The position numbers and the translations under genes were made by a program. Below, one piece after another: positions 10,016 to 22,196 of a stretch of DNA of 64,000 bases. Source of the stretch: Leidyana gryllorum EB-2025a (taxonomy: Eukaryota > Protista > Apicomplexa); the NCBI GenBank assembly GCA_048772705.1, contig JBLWGC010000230.1:434001-498000 (forward strand), given 5' to 3'. Position 1 is the first letter of the stretch, and each line of letters starts with the position of its first letter. A model generated the notes under the pieces. It saw only the letters and a list, made by a program, of their open reading frames with translations, was not told the origin of the DNA and searched no databases.

Positions 10016-10399
10016 ATGTACATGAATCCTGGTGGCAATCATCCTAACAACAACGGCTACGACCAGCCACCGCGGCCTGGCTTTGGCAATCCAGCTGGAG
10101 GTATGCCCGGCGGTATGCCCCCAATGGGCGGCCCAGGAATGTGTCCTCCCCCTCCGGCCCCGGGCCAGATGTACCCGTCTCCCGGACATCACTACCAACC
10201 GCCGTCTCCGTTGCCTGGACAAGTCCACCCACCTCACCACCCGCCTCATCATGGTGCTGGACCTCAGTATCCAAATCACGGCCATCCCGGTCACGGACAT
10301 CCCGGCCATGGACACCCGGGTCAAGGTTATCCCCCCCAGCATGGCTACAACCCAGGTGAAGCCCCGGTTCCTGGCTGGAACAATGTGACGCCTCTGTGA
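10016..10399 (+). CDS. Small Pro/Gly/His-rich low-complexity protein (127 aa)
   Basis: MYMNPGGNHPNNNG...PPMGGPGMCPPP...HGHPG x3...VPGWNNVTPL*. Paralogous to 9383-9871. Confidence 0.8.
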   Translation: MYMNPGGNHPNNNGYDQPPRPGFGNPAGGMPGGMPPMGGPGMCPPPPAPGQMYPSPGHHYQPPSPLPGQVHPPHHPPHHGAGPQYPNHGHPGHGHPGHGHPGQGYPPQHGYNPGEAPVPGWNNVTPL

Positions 10400-10561
10400 G
10401 CTGAGACTTTTTGATGCCTTGCGAGCGGATTGAGACTTTTAGACATTCTAAGTTCTGAGTTCTAAGTCAGCACCAAAGTACAAAGGTTCCCAATAACAAA
10501 TCTGACTATCTCCACTGCACTGAGATTGGCCAGACTGCTTTTTTAGAGCGGAAAAAAGGTG

Positions 10562-11703
10562 ATGGTGGTACAGTCCATTGCTCGTGAGGGCGATTGGGGC
10601 GTTCTCTTCACCTCACACGAGGAAAAGACCCGTGTGAGGCTCGCTAAGGGTGTGATAACGCAGTCGAGGGCTGGTCGATTCTGGCATGATGATCTCATAG
10701 GTGCTGCTTGGGGACAGAAGGTACATTTTTCGTTGGTGATTGGAGCAATAAACTTGATTGGCAGATTTTGGATCGAAAAAGCGACCGGAAATGGGCAGTG
10801 CTCCTCCCTCTCAGCCCCGAGCTGCGGTCTGTTACCATTGATCATCACACACAAATCGTCTATGGACCCGATCTGGCTCTTATAACCTCTCTGCTGGACA
10901 TTGTGGCGGGTCAAAGAATCCTGGAGACAGGAACCGGGTCAGGTTCGGCCACGGTCAGTCTGGCACGGTCTGTCGGATGTAAAGGCAAAGTCTTCACCTA
11001 CGAATTCCACGAAGGCCGATATCAAAAGGCAGTGTAAGTGGCGACGCTCAGAATGCAACGAGACAGACTCCTCCTCCTTCTTTCATATCAGAGACAACTT
11101 TGCTCAGCTGGGTTTGTCAGACATTATCACTTGCACTCACCGAGATGCTTATAACAATGGATTCCTCATTGACAATGAGGTCACTCCCAATTCTATTGAC
11201 GGAGCGATGCTGGATCTGCCATCTCCATGGCTGGCCCTCGATCATCTGAACATTGTCCTTAAGGTGAGCTGCTCCCAGGAGGCGTTCCCACAGTCCGACA
11301 TATATATTTCAGCCCGGCGCTAAAGTGGCAGTGTTTAGTCCGTGTTACGAGCAGGTTCAAGAAGCTGCAGCCAAACTGCGCGCGATGCGATATACAGGTA
11401 ATGCAATGCGGAGACGGCTCTCTCTGCTGACTCTATGTTAACTGGTCTCTTTTGTCAGACATTGATGCGTTTGAGACTATTTGCAAGCCGTGGGGTGCCT
11501 GGACAGAGAGTGATGTAATTCGACGAGCTCGACGGTGCGAGGAAGCGAGGAAGAAGAATCATATGGAAGAGCGGACCACCAAAGAGCCAGCCTCTGTGGC
11601 CATGGAGAAGACTGCGATATTCCAGACCAATCCAACGACGATGTACCAATTGAGTACCCGAGGCCACACTGGTTATATCATGGTGGCCACCAAGCAATGC
11701 TAG
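10562..11703 (+). CDS. TRM61: tRNA (adenine(58)-N1)-methyltransferase catalytic subunit, multi-exon
   Basis: HHTQIVY, ILETGTGSGS SAM-binding motif, VFTYEFHE, MLDLPSPW, FSPCYEQV, C-terminal RGHTGY. Frame changes coincide with GT-AG introns (e.g. 10721-10763). Confidence 0.92.
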
Positions 11704-11774
11704 ATAGCAACTCTCTCTCCTCTAAGACATGGCGAGGTCCACAGCGAGAGCCGCCAGATACAGATCCTGCCCAT

Positions 11775-13756
11775 TTATTGTGTGTGTGTGTGTGTCTGAG
11801 ATGAACTGGCGTCACTAACCTGATCATCATCGATGCGCATGACTACATCAATTTTGTCGCGAAGGTCTTCTAAGGGTCTTCGAGACCGTTTCTTGAAGGC
11901 GGGTGAGAGGCTGACGAGATTGGCCAGTTCATGGATGACTTTTCCCCAGGTTCCCAGAACCACATCTGCTGACAGAAAATCAATAAGTTCTTTGCGTATC
12001 TCTTCGACACTGCCGATTTGATCAAAGTGTGGAACACTTCGGATCTGTTTCAGTAAGAAGGCAGCACAGGTTGGCTTCAGAACTTCGACCCCCTCGACGA
12101 TGATGAGATGGAGAGCTTGCGCCAGTATTGAGCCGGCAGCTCTATCACTGAATCGCTTGACGAATTCTTTGATCCCTTCAGTGTTGGCACGCTGGACTGC
12201 GTCTTCGGGTCCGGACTTTCTCGTCCACAACGCCAAAACTTCGATATACTGCGCGCAACAGTCAAAAACAAGAGACACGCAGCTCTGCCACTCACCTTGG
12301 CCACACACTGTGGGAACGGAACCTGGAATCCGTGTTCAGTTGCAAAGTAAGAGTCTTCGATGGCGGGCAAATAGGTCCACATAATCTCGGCTGACCGCAT
12401 CGCTGTTGAAGGAGAAAAGGTTTGTCACAACCAGTGCAGATAGATTGTCTCGTTCGTTCACTCACTCAGGTACTCAGAGGCGTTATGGCCGTGTTCCGAC
12501 GACAAGGCGTGGGTTGCGAGACACGTTATGGGTTTCCAGAAGGCCCCAAAGATGGAACTTGGCGACAGCGCTAAGCAGACGGGCTGTGGCGTCGGGTAGG
12601 GGTTCCCTCCGTAATGGAGAGAGAGGAGGCATAGGGCGAAGACCCGCGACAAATCCAGAGGAGTGAGCTCGAGGTCACTGATGCGATCTGTTGGCGGCGA
12701 GAGGATATTGACAGCTGTGGCCAACTCAATGATGGAAGAGTGAGGCTGAACCCGCAGTAAGATGTGAATTAGAGACCGCAGTCTGTCCACGATGTATTCG
12801 TTCATCTGTTGATCGGATGAGAATGTCAATGACATTGTCTGCTGATCAATGATGGCGAAATCAGATATTAAGTGGAGGACTCTACCAATGGCAGAATAGA
12901 CACTGTTTCTCGACACGCTATGGACGTCGTCTTTGGGGGTGATATATAATTGGTCTCCCATCCCGTTGCAGTAGGCGAGCACCAAGTCGAGGCCATCGGT
13001 GGGCCAAGGCTTGTATTTGCGATCCAACGGGGCGTAGTCTGCGTCCTCCTCGTGCAGATTGAGTCGCCGAGTGAGGGACATTATCAACGATAGAACACTG
13101 ACGATAAAGTTGGCTCGAGCGTTGTCCATCCGACAGAGGACACCGCAGGTCAACTCGATCGGAACGACTGCATATTTGGATGGGAACTCGATACAATTGA
13201 TCGCCCCGACCAATATACAATAGGCATCAGGCGGTGTGAGATTCGAGGCGATGACCGACAAGAGACAACACAACTCGTCGACCAATTGAGGCTTTGATTT
13301 ATACTTTAGGTCGGAGAAGCCGAGATCCCAGTTTTGGATCAGCTTTAGTGCCTTTTCCACATAAACAGTGTCATCCTGTTGCGCTCGGGTCAATGGGATT
13401 TGGGCTTCGTGAAGGATCAGTTTGTACAACAAGAGGACCAAATGCTCGAGAATTCTACCCAACTGGGCTCGTCTCTGCTCCGATGCCTCAGCACAGACAG
13501 CCACCGCAGCCCGGATACTAAGGAGGACTGACTGGACGCGTCTCGACCATTCGGCATCCTCTGTGTCTTCAATTCCGTGTTTTATCCACTTTAATATGCT
13601 CGCGGCGAAGGCGAATTCATTATTCTCATTGTCACGGGTCATTCGCTCAGAGGCGCCTTCAGCAAAGACCCCATACGGGTCCGGCGTCTCATTTGTCGTT
13701 TGCTCCCAGTCGGGTAGTCTGAAGAAGGGTAGCCAAGCGGGTTGTGTGGTAGTCAT
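11775..13756 (-). CDS. Multi-exon alpha-helical protein of uncertain function (weakly glomulin/ALF4/Ybp1-like); 3' end approximate
   Basis: 432-aa exon plus downstream exons (12077-12400, 11775-12308). Leucine-rich helical composition. The family resemblance is by eye only. Confidence 0.5.
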
Positions 13757-13780
13757 GTCTCAAAATTTGGCCATGCACTT

Positions 13781-14500
13781 ATGACCGAACAAGAGTGTTC
13801 CAGTCAACCAATGGGGGTGAGATCTTCAACGTGGCTACTCGGTCCCATGTCCGCTAGTCTGAACAAAGCGGCGGACACTAAGATGCTGCCCTCCATTGCC
13901 GTTGCCCCCTCCACCCTCGAAATCACACCCGTCTCGGACAAAGATGACCGATTCTGCAACAACAGCGCCGGGCTGCACGAAACCCCAACTTCCTGCCCAC
14001 CAGTGATGGGCGGCGCGACGACTTACGTTCCACGATCGTCACTGGAAGCAGCTTTGTGGCAAGGACGCGCCGAAGGGATCCTACAGGCACTCGATATCAA
14101 GGCACACAATCCCCTACTGGCTGCCCCCACACACACTCCTCCTCCCTCGCGACAACCCCCCCCGTTCGTAATCCACAATGATGCTCGGACGCTCATCAAT
14201 AACCCAGTCACCCTGCAACCGGCAGCAGCACCAGCCCCCTCCCAGTCTCTAGCGCTTGCAGAGGGCCGCCGACGAGGAGGTTGGTGGACCAGTGCCTGGC
14301 TCCGACAACCATCCAATGTTATTGCTCTGCTGTCAATTGGTGCCATAGCCGGCTACTGTCTGTCCCTACACCTCTTGAAACGTCTACGGAGACCTCATCG
14401 ACCGCGTTTAACGCTCGCTGATGATGTTCGACATCTCCCTCTCTCACAATTGATGCTCGCGTCCCTCGCGGGCAACCCTAGATACTATCGCCGTCGTTAG
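13781..14500 (+). CDS. Hypothetical protein with Pro-rich linker and one C-terminal hydrophobic (TM-like) segment
   Basis: Single ORF; VIALLSIGAIAGYCLSLHLL followed by a basic tail. Confidence 0.6.
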   Translation: MTEQECSSQPMGVRSSTWLLGPMSASLNKAADTKMLPSIAVAPSTLEITPVSDKDDRFCNNSAGLHETPTSCPPVMGGATTYVPRSSLEAALWQGRAEGILQALDIKAHNPLLAAPTHTPPPSRQPPPFVIHNDARTLINNPVTLQPAAAPAPSQSLALAEGRRRGGWWTSAWLRQPSNVIALLSIGAIAGYCLSLHLLKRLRRPHRPRLTLADDVRHLPLSQLMLASLAGNPRYYRRR

Positions 14501-14589
14501 CGTAATGTCAATATCAGTAGCAGAACAGCAGTAAACCGTCAAAAACTTGCGTTCCCAGCGGTCTGCAAGACCGTTTTTGTACGATCACC

Positions 14590-17500
14590 ATGCAGTTTGA
14601 AGAGGTGCGTTCTCAACACCCTCTTCCCACCAAATATCCTCCTCAGGCTCTTGACATAATTACCAACAATTCCGCCGTTCAAGTCACCTCAGAGAAGCTA
14701 TACGAGGCAACAGTCTGCTTACAAGGCGTCGCGGATGAAACAGCGATTCCTGCCTTTGCCAAAATCGCATTTGACAATGCCCAAGAGAGCAGCGTGAGTC
14801 CACTTTCGGCACTCACTCACTGATTATTTCCCCCCTCAGCGCCGGGAAGCGGCACTCGTTCTCCTTCGTGCGCGAGTTCTCACCTGGAACCCTCCCCAGA
14901 ACTCTCCTGTCAAAAGCTATGTCGAGGAGGGTCTCGCCAAAGCTCTGGTTGAAGTACAGAGTCCCCAACTGATTTGGCGTATCGCCTCTGTCATATCGGC
15001 TGTCATCAGCACTCTCGACGATGCAGGCGTAAGCCGCTGCGCTTGGACTGTATTATCTGATAGTTGGGTCTTTGCTGCAGAACCACCAATGGAGCCGATT
15101 GGTCGAAAGCGTCCATACCCATTTGAGTAGCGAGAGGGTCTTGAAGAGCCCTGAGCTACTGTATGGAGCCTTGGAACTCACCAAAGCGATCTTCTCAGAC
15201 GGCCTTCCCGTCACTCTGATGTCCAATCCACCGGACTTTATCGAGGCTCTCTTCATCGCTGGCCTCAGCTCCCCAACCGAAGAGGTGCAGAAAGCGGCGT
15301 TCCCAGCATTGGGGGCTGTTTTGGAAGCGTAAGTCGCTCTCTCTAGCTCTCTTGGAAACACTTCCTTTCTCCCCTCAGCTATGTGCAGAAGAAAGAGACG
15401 CCTGCCAAGTGCCGTGATCTGTTCGTTCACATGCTGACATATCTGAGTACAAAGCTGTCTGACCCAAAGACGACTGACTGGGAGCACTGTGTCCGGTTGT
15501 TGAGCAATGTGGTATCAGTGGTTGATGTCAGCGGATCTTTGCGAATGGTGAAAGTTGACATTTGGAATCCCCAATCGGCTCAAATAATGAGTGATTTATT
15601 GATCAAAAGCCCCATTGACAATTGGGGTCCTCGGGCGGGAATTATGGGCACTAAGATCGTTCATCAGTTATGCCGTGTGGCGGCCGCGTGTGCGGTGGGG
15701 AACTCAAAACAGGAGTCAGTTGTCAAGGTGTGCTGGGATTTCATTATTCATCATCTGACGTATCTCCATATGGGGAGGGGTGAAGAGGACTTGGAACAGA
15801 TCATCACTCAGTGGGAGCTGAGACGTGATGACGATGAGAGTGTAACAGAATTGGAGTTGCCCGATGGAAGCGACGATCTGCCAGCGGTCGCTTGGGAGCT
15901 GCTCGACCGAGTGATCAGTACTCTGGACGGAAAGACGGCCAAAACACTGGTGTCTCTGACGAGTCCAGTCCTCTTCGAGGCCACAGTGGATCGGGCGGGG
16001 TGCGGGAAACTGTACGCTGCTTGGATGTTGTTGGCAATCTTCATTGGATCCAAGTCTGATCAGATGTTGACAGAGGAGATAAAGGTCGGATTGAACCATT
16101 GGAAAGGAATCGTTAATTTACGAACGGATACCAACGGGTTTGATGCCTATGCGTGTGCTCGAGTTCGTTGGGCCGCACTGTTGTTCATGAATGAGGCGTT
16201 GGAGCATTTTAGCGACATATTGACTCATTCTCATGAATACATCCAAGAAATCATCGCTTTCGCCCATATCGAGAAGGTCCCCAGAGTCAAAGCCAAGTGC
16301 TATTTGGCTCTGTGCCAATTCACCACCAGTTTGGAAGACCAGGACGGTGACGGTGACGAGACGGGGACTACGGCGCCTTACTATGACATTCTGTCTCAAA
16401 CCTTCCAGCAGTGGTTGTTGCCTCAGCTGAACTTTGATTCAATGTTACAGACTTGCGAGAGTACCACCAAGCGGCCCTATACCTACGACGAGCAGGGAAT
16501 GTCGATGGAGATCTATTTGCGGGAACTCACAATGTGCTCTATCAGTTCTTGTTTGCCTCATTTGGGTCGTCTCTTACCGCAGTATTACTCACCAATTGTG
16601 GGATACTGCAAAGGTCTCTTGTCCAAAGTGATGGAAGATCCGTTGTCAGACTATGTGGCCGAGGCTGTCTTGGATCTGTTGTCCAGGGCCGTGGAGTGCG
16701 CGGGTGTCTTTGACGGGAGCGAGGAAGAGAGCAGGAAACTCGACAGTGCCGTGGAAGACGCGATTTTCCTATTGCGGTCAATTCTCAGAATACATCGGGC
16801 TCTGGAGACTCAGGAGAACTTGCACCAGCGCTGTCTCTACAAAACCGGTATCTATGCTCAGGGGTTCGAGCGTACTCTGCTGCAAGCCGCTGCTCGCGCG
16901 TTGTCTGTCGCTCGAATCAATTTGGTCCGAACGGAGCTCACTGAGATTGTCAACATTGTGGTACAGAGACTGGAGAGCAATGACACCATCACTGTCACGG
17001 ATCGCATGTCGGGAGGCCCGGCGGGGAAGTCTATTCTGACACACGATGGCACAACTGCCACTCTGATTCTCAATGAGAGCCGAGGCAAACAAAAGACAAT
17101 CAATATCAACACGGCCGCTGTCGAAGAACAAATCGGTTGTCTCAGTTTCATCGGTGTTACGGCCGATCGGGTGTGGGAGCACTTATCCAAAGTGGAGAAG
17201 AACAGAGTGAGTTTCTCTCTAAAAGTTTCCAAATATGAACCCTCACAGGTCGTCGGAGCTCTGTTCGCAGCCACCAAAGGCTCAGCTTTCGGATTAGTCC
17301 GTAAGGCCGGAGTCGAGGCGTGGAAAGAGATTGTTGAGAGTATCGGTGTCCGGATGATGAGACGGGCGAGACAACTGGAGGTGCCGTTCAATGATAATTA
17401 CGGAGTCAACTGCGATGCTCTGTTGGCTGACGATGAGTTTGTTACCACTTTCCAATACTATTTGCTCAGACTGCAAATGGGTTTGGAGTTAGGAACGGAG

Positions 17501-18861
17501 GCTCTGAAACGCGGCGAAGGCACCGAGGACTCTGGGATCCTCTACGCTATTGCTGACATGTGCGATCCGGCCAAGGAACTCGCCATCTTTATCGGTGGCC
17601 CCATTGTAAACTTGGCGCAGGCAGTGCCCCTCGTCGCCCAGTTTGGCGATATGATGCGGGGACTCTTCATGAAATTGGCACCGCTCCTCACGCAAGAGAA
17701 CGGGAATCCCACTGAACCCGAAGATCTCAACGACGAGGATGACGATGAGTCATGCGAGACGGACCCCTTCGGACTCCGCTGTGACGGCACAATGCAAGTC
17801 ATATGCCGTCTCGCCAAAGCCTTTGGTCCCCATTTGGTGCAGCCATTCGAAGAATTCCTCAAAGCTTTCTTCGCCACAATTTTGGTCACAGAAGATATCA
17901 GTATTGTTGCCAGGGTGAGTGTAGTGTAAAGTTGAATCAATCTCACCGTTGCCTCCTCGCAGACCGCGGCTCTGTGTATATTCGGGAACTATCTCGAGAT
18001 CAATGGCCCCTCAACATTGTCGGCTGACCTCCTCCCTGTTGCTCTGGTCTTCACGCGAGCCCGCCCGGTTGAGACCGCACACTACTCGCTGTTCAAGAAA
18101 CACATTCCACAAATGGTCGGCTCCCGCCCGCGCCCCGATATCAATGAGAACACTCTCGATGATCTCGCGGCTGCGTTGCGATCTACGCTGCCCGGGGGAG
18201 CTGACACCTTTGCCGGAATGACTCCAGCCGAGATCAATTCTTCGATCCTCGATGAGTATCAGATCGAAGTCATGAAGATTCAAGCAGCGTGTTTCTGTGT
18301 CGGTGCTGCCGTCTCCAATCTGATGGATGAGAGTATTTTGACAAAGTCAATGCCAGTTATCGATGAGGCCGTAAGTCATCTCTCTTCACGATGTATACCC
18401 ACTTCATCCGTCTCCAGTTCGCAGCGCTGATGAGTCATCCCCTGGCCGCTCTCCAATCGAGACGTGTCATTCTCGACTGTTTGGGCTGTGCCTTTGTCAA
18501 AATCCTGGATCGCTGGGGTGTGGGTGTCTTGGACGACTCTTTGAAACTCTTCAGAAGATCCGATGGCATTTCCACTATGCTGACACTGCTATTCCCACTG
18601 GTCGATGATCACGAAGATGCCTGTCACGCCCACAACGTCCTCCTCAAATGGAGCATCGTCCAACCGCCCAAAGGCTTCCCCGATATGCGATCAGGAGAGA
18701 ACGTTGGCACAGACAACGGCACGAGCGCTCTTCTTGGACCCAACGAGGGCGCCAAGATCAGATTCGAGCTCATGCGCATTTTCCAGGAGCTGCGAGCAGA
18801 TCCCGAAAATGAAGATCTCGTCAGTGATTGGGGACTCCGCTACGCCCTTCCTCGCATTTGA
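14590..18861 (+). CDS. Importin-beta family HEAT-repeat karyopherin (importin-5/Kap121-like), multi-exon
   Basis: About 1200 aa helical protein. RVRWAALLF and EKVPRVKAKCYLALCQF HEAT pair; ININTAAVEEQ resembles the importin-5 I.T..LEEK segment; acidic loop near the C-terminal third. Confidence 0.7.
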
Positions 18862-18894
18862 AAAATATAGTTAGACAGACACATTCTTTACGAT

Positions 18895-19203
18895 ATGGCA
18901 ATTGGAGATAAACTGGCGGATTTTTGGCGGAAACTCACATGTCGCAGCAAGAGTGCTACAAGCGTTCGCCCCAGCGTTCCCGGACCCGAAACCGCCAGGG
19001 CGGCTGCCGCAGCCGCTGCCTCTGCATCGGCATCCGCTGCTGCCGGACATCCAGCCGACAGACCTAACAACCCTTGGGGTGAAGCCGAAGATACTACATA
19101 TAGTGGACTATTCGGTCAAGATGTCAGCTCATCTCCACCCGATGACGAGAAGCCAGCAGCTCGGAAGAACTCGCAAGCCAGCACCGTCTTGGGCGATGAG
19201 TAA
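18895..19203 (+). CDS. Small Ala/Ser-rich hypothetical protein (102 aa)
   Basis: ATG-initiated ORF that almost exactly fills the gap between two genes; amphipathic N-terminus with a Cys (possible acylation). Confidence 0.5.
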   Translation: MAIGDKLADFWRKLTCRSKSATSVRPSVPGPETARAAAAAAASASASAAAGHPADRPNNPWGEAEDTTYSGLFGQDVSSSPPDDEKPAARKNSQASTVLGDE

Positions 19204-19212
19204 TTTTTCTGA

Positions 19213-21035
19213 ATGCGGAAGCTCCGTAGATGGTGGAGAGATAGAAAAGCCTTGGTCGACACCCCTGATAATGCCGAGACAGTGGTAGCAGACCTCACAG
19301 CTGCATTCGTGCAGCCACTTAATAGTCGCATTGACTCAATTATATACACAGCCTTGTCTGCCATCCGTCCATTTCTTGTCCGTAGCCAACAGCCAGAGGA
19401 AGCTTGGCCAGCTCCCTCCACGCCAAAGGCCTCCTTAGAAGATCACTATAAAGATTGGCTGCCCGTATCGTCGCGCCTATTGACTGGTCGCCACACCGCT
19501 GAAGCTAAGCCCTTCCCCACTTCCTCAACACCTCTAGCCACGAGTCCCCAAGTCGAACAGTTGGCACCTCATGCCCGCATATATGCGGTCTGGCGCTCCT
19601 TCTATCCCAAAGTGGTCATGAAGTACTGTCGATCGGGACGCGAAGTCCTTCACACCGCCAACAACTCAATTCAAGTCTACAAAGACAGTAACTTGTGTGC
19701 AGAAGCAATGGTGGACATGATCGATCGCGCGAAGAAACGTGTGTGGGTCGAGACATACTGCTTAGATGAGAGCCCGATGGCGCGTATAATCATGGCCAAG
19801 TTGCGAGCAGCTGCACTCCGAGGTGTTGACGTCATTCTCAGCGTTGACGGCGTCGGCAGTCTGGGAATTGGTGGCATATTACGGCGGACGTTGCGCCAAA
19901 CCCCAGCTCAGGTTGTCTATTTCAATCCGCTATGGCGTCCAATTGGACCACTGGTCTACAGAAACCACCGCAAATTGATGATTTGCGATGACGTGGGGTT
20001 TTGCGGTTCGTTAAACTTTGATTGGCGGTCACTCCGGCTGCCTGAACATCTGCAATCGGCTTTGAAGGCTGCCGATGATGAGTTGGGACCGGCTCCCAAG
20101 TATAGTTTGCAGAAGGCTTTACAGTTCGTGTTCCGCGATACGAGCGCGTCACGTACTCAAGATCTCAATATGCATATGATTGTCAAGGGGCCCGTGGTAG
20201 ATCAGCTTGCTGGAAGTTTCTGGCGTACATTGAACGTCTCCAGGCTCCCTTTGCGTAAGTTAGATCGGAGTTCGAGTTGTGCGGAAGGCTCTGCTGCGAG
20301 TATACCATTGCCTGCTGACTATCCGACTTTTCACGGTGTGGCGCTGCAAGTCCTGGAGAGCGATGGTCGCCTCCTGTCTAAAAGTTCATACCCTCGAATC
20401 CTGCGGGCCGTAACTAAGAATGCTCAGCACTCCCTGGCCTTAGCATCGAGTTACTTTCATCCTCCCCGAATGCTGAGGAAGCCTTTGGCTGACGCTTTGA
20501 GACGGGGGATATTCTCTACCTTAATCTTGAGCGGGATGTCGGACGTAGCTTTTGACTCCCAAGCCACATTGGCTGTTCTCCCGTACTTTCTGGTATGTGA
20601 GGCGATTCGATTGGAAAATGAGATTGCTGCAGGTGGGGCGTCGGAATATGTGCAGAGCCCTCTTCTCTGCCAAGAAGCACTGTCACATGAAGGTGATGAC
20701 AGCAGACAATGTGTGGAGTTGTGTTGGCTCCTTCAATTGGGATCGGTAAGCTTAGAAGAAAGTCAAAACACTGACACTCTCACCGCAGATACTCTGCACG
20801 GCGTAACTTGGAGATTGGGTTGGCGATATGTAATAGGGACGTGACACGCTACATAAATGGACAGCTTCAGGAGGAGACTGAGCGAAAGGAGGAAATGAAA
20901 GAATACACCCTCAAAGACTCTCTCCATATGAACCCCTGGAAACGTTTTGGATGCTTTGCCTCTTATCACATTGTGAGGGCGAGCGGAGCCTCCTTTTTGG
21001 ATGGGTTTGTTAAGCCTAACAAAAATTCGACATGA
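19213..21035 (+). CDS. Phospholipase-D-family (bacterial-type) cardiolipin synthase, multi-exon
   Basis: Two HxKxxxxD motifs: NHRKLMICDD..GFCGSLN and CHMKVMTAD..SCVGSFNWD. Also MIDRAKKRVWVETY, AALRGVDVILSVDGVGS and SSYFHP. Confidence 0.88.
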
Positions 21036-22164
21036 CACAGAGGTTGGCAGCATTCAGCACCAGTACACTCAACGGCCAGCATATAGCCCCACAGATACTC
21101 CCGCCGAGTGCTACAGGAAGCGAAAGGCCCGAAATTGGACTATTTGCTACCGGTCCATTCTCGTGTGGAGATATTGTTTTTGTCGAAGATCCAGTTATAG
21201 CCCACCAACTCACCCCTTCGGCAGCTGTGCTTCTGTGCTGTGCGATCTGTCTGCGTCTCTGCCCCGAGGTCGATCGGCAATCGGCCCATCTTCGCCTCGC
21301 GTCAAAATCCAGCCCTCACCAACAGGAAAAATGGACATGCAGTCCGGAGTGCGAATGTGAACTGGAGGAGGTCAACACCTGTTTTAGGAGATTCGGACAG
21401 AGTCTGGTGCAGGAAGGACTCAAAGTGGACGAGCGAACTGCAATAGCCTTGAGGATATGGTGGAAATGCTGGGTGAATAGAAGTACAAAGTGGAGAAGTA
21501 TTATGCAGTACTTCAGTGGTCCTTCATTGCGGTGTCTATTCGCGGAGTAAGCCTTTGCACCCGGACCTTTTAGATCATCTGATCTGCGCAGACAGCCAGT
21601 GATCGACTGGTTAAATAAAGCGGAACCAGCCTGCGGGCTAATACAGCCGGAGGCAAATCAGAATGAGGACGATTGCTGCACGTTAAATCGCATCTTGGGA
21701 GCCCTAAAGACAGTGAATATCGACATTAACTTTGATCCGCCATGGAGTCTGACTGACTTTACGGATGCTCAGAGCCAGCGTTCGCTAAGAATGTTCAAGT
21801 TGGCCAGTAGGTAGGCGTCTCGATGTCAATAGAGCTCGTGTTCGACATGGTGTGTGTGCGATGTAGTGATGCCGGAGAGGACAGCGATCAGGACACTGAT
21901 GGGCTGCCGCCGGTTTTGGGCACCGGTATGTTCGCGTTGGGATCCACGATGAATCATTCGTGCGCTCCCAACGTCGCTTTGGAATATTTGGAGTTCGGGC
22001 CACGACTAACGTGTCGTGCGTTGAGGGATATAAAGGCAGGGGAGGAATTAGTGATAAGTTATATAGATGAAAGCGTGGAGGCGGATGAGAGATTGGATGA
22101 GCTGCGGGAGAGGTTCGGGTTCAGTAGTTGTTGGTGTAGTCGATGTGAGCATTTTTATGAGTGA
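21032..22164 (+). CDS. SMYD-like split SET-domain lysine methyltransferase, multi-exon
   Basis: GLFATGPFSCGDIVFVEDP, a CxxC insert, MNHSCAPN, ALRDIKAGEELVISYID, post-SET CWCSRC. Confidence 0.88.
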
Positions 22165-22196
22165 GAGAGTTTCTGGATGAAAAGGGGTTGAGCTCA

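Noticed and set aside
9383-10342. 319-aa minus-strand ORF as one gene
   Set aside because: Its first half is the antisense of the 10016-10399 gene plus the spacer; the credible start is ATG 9871.
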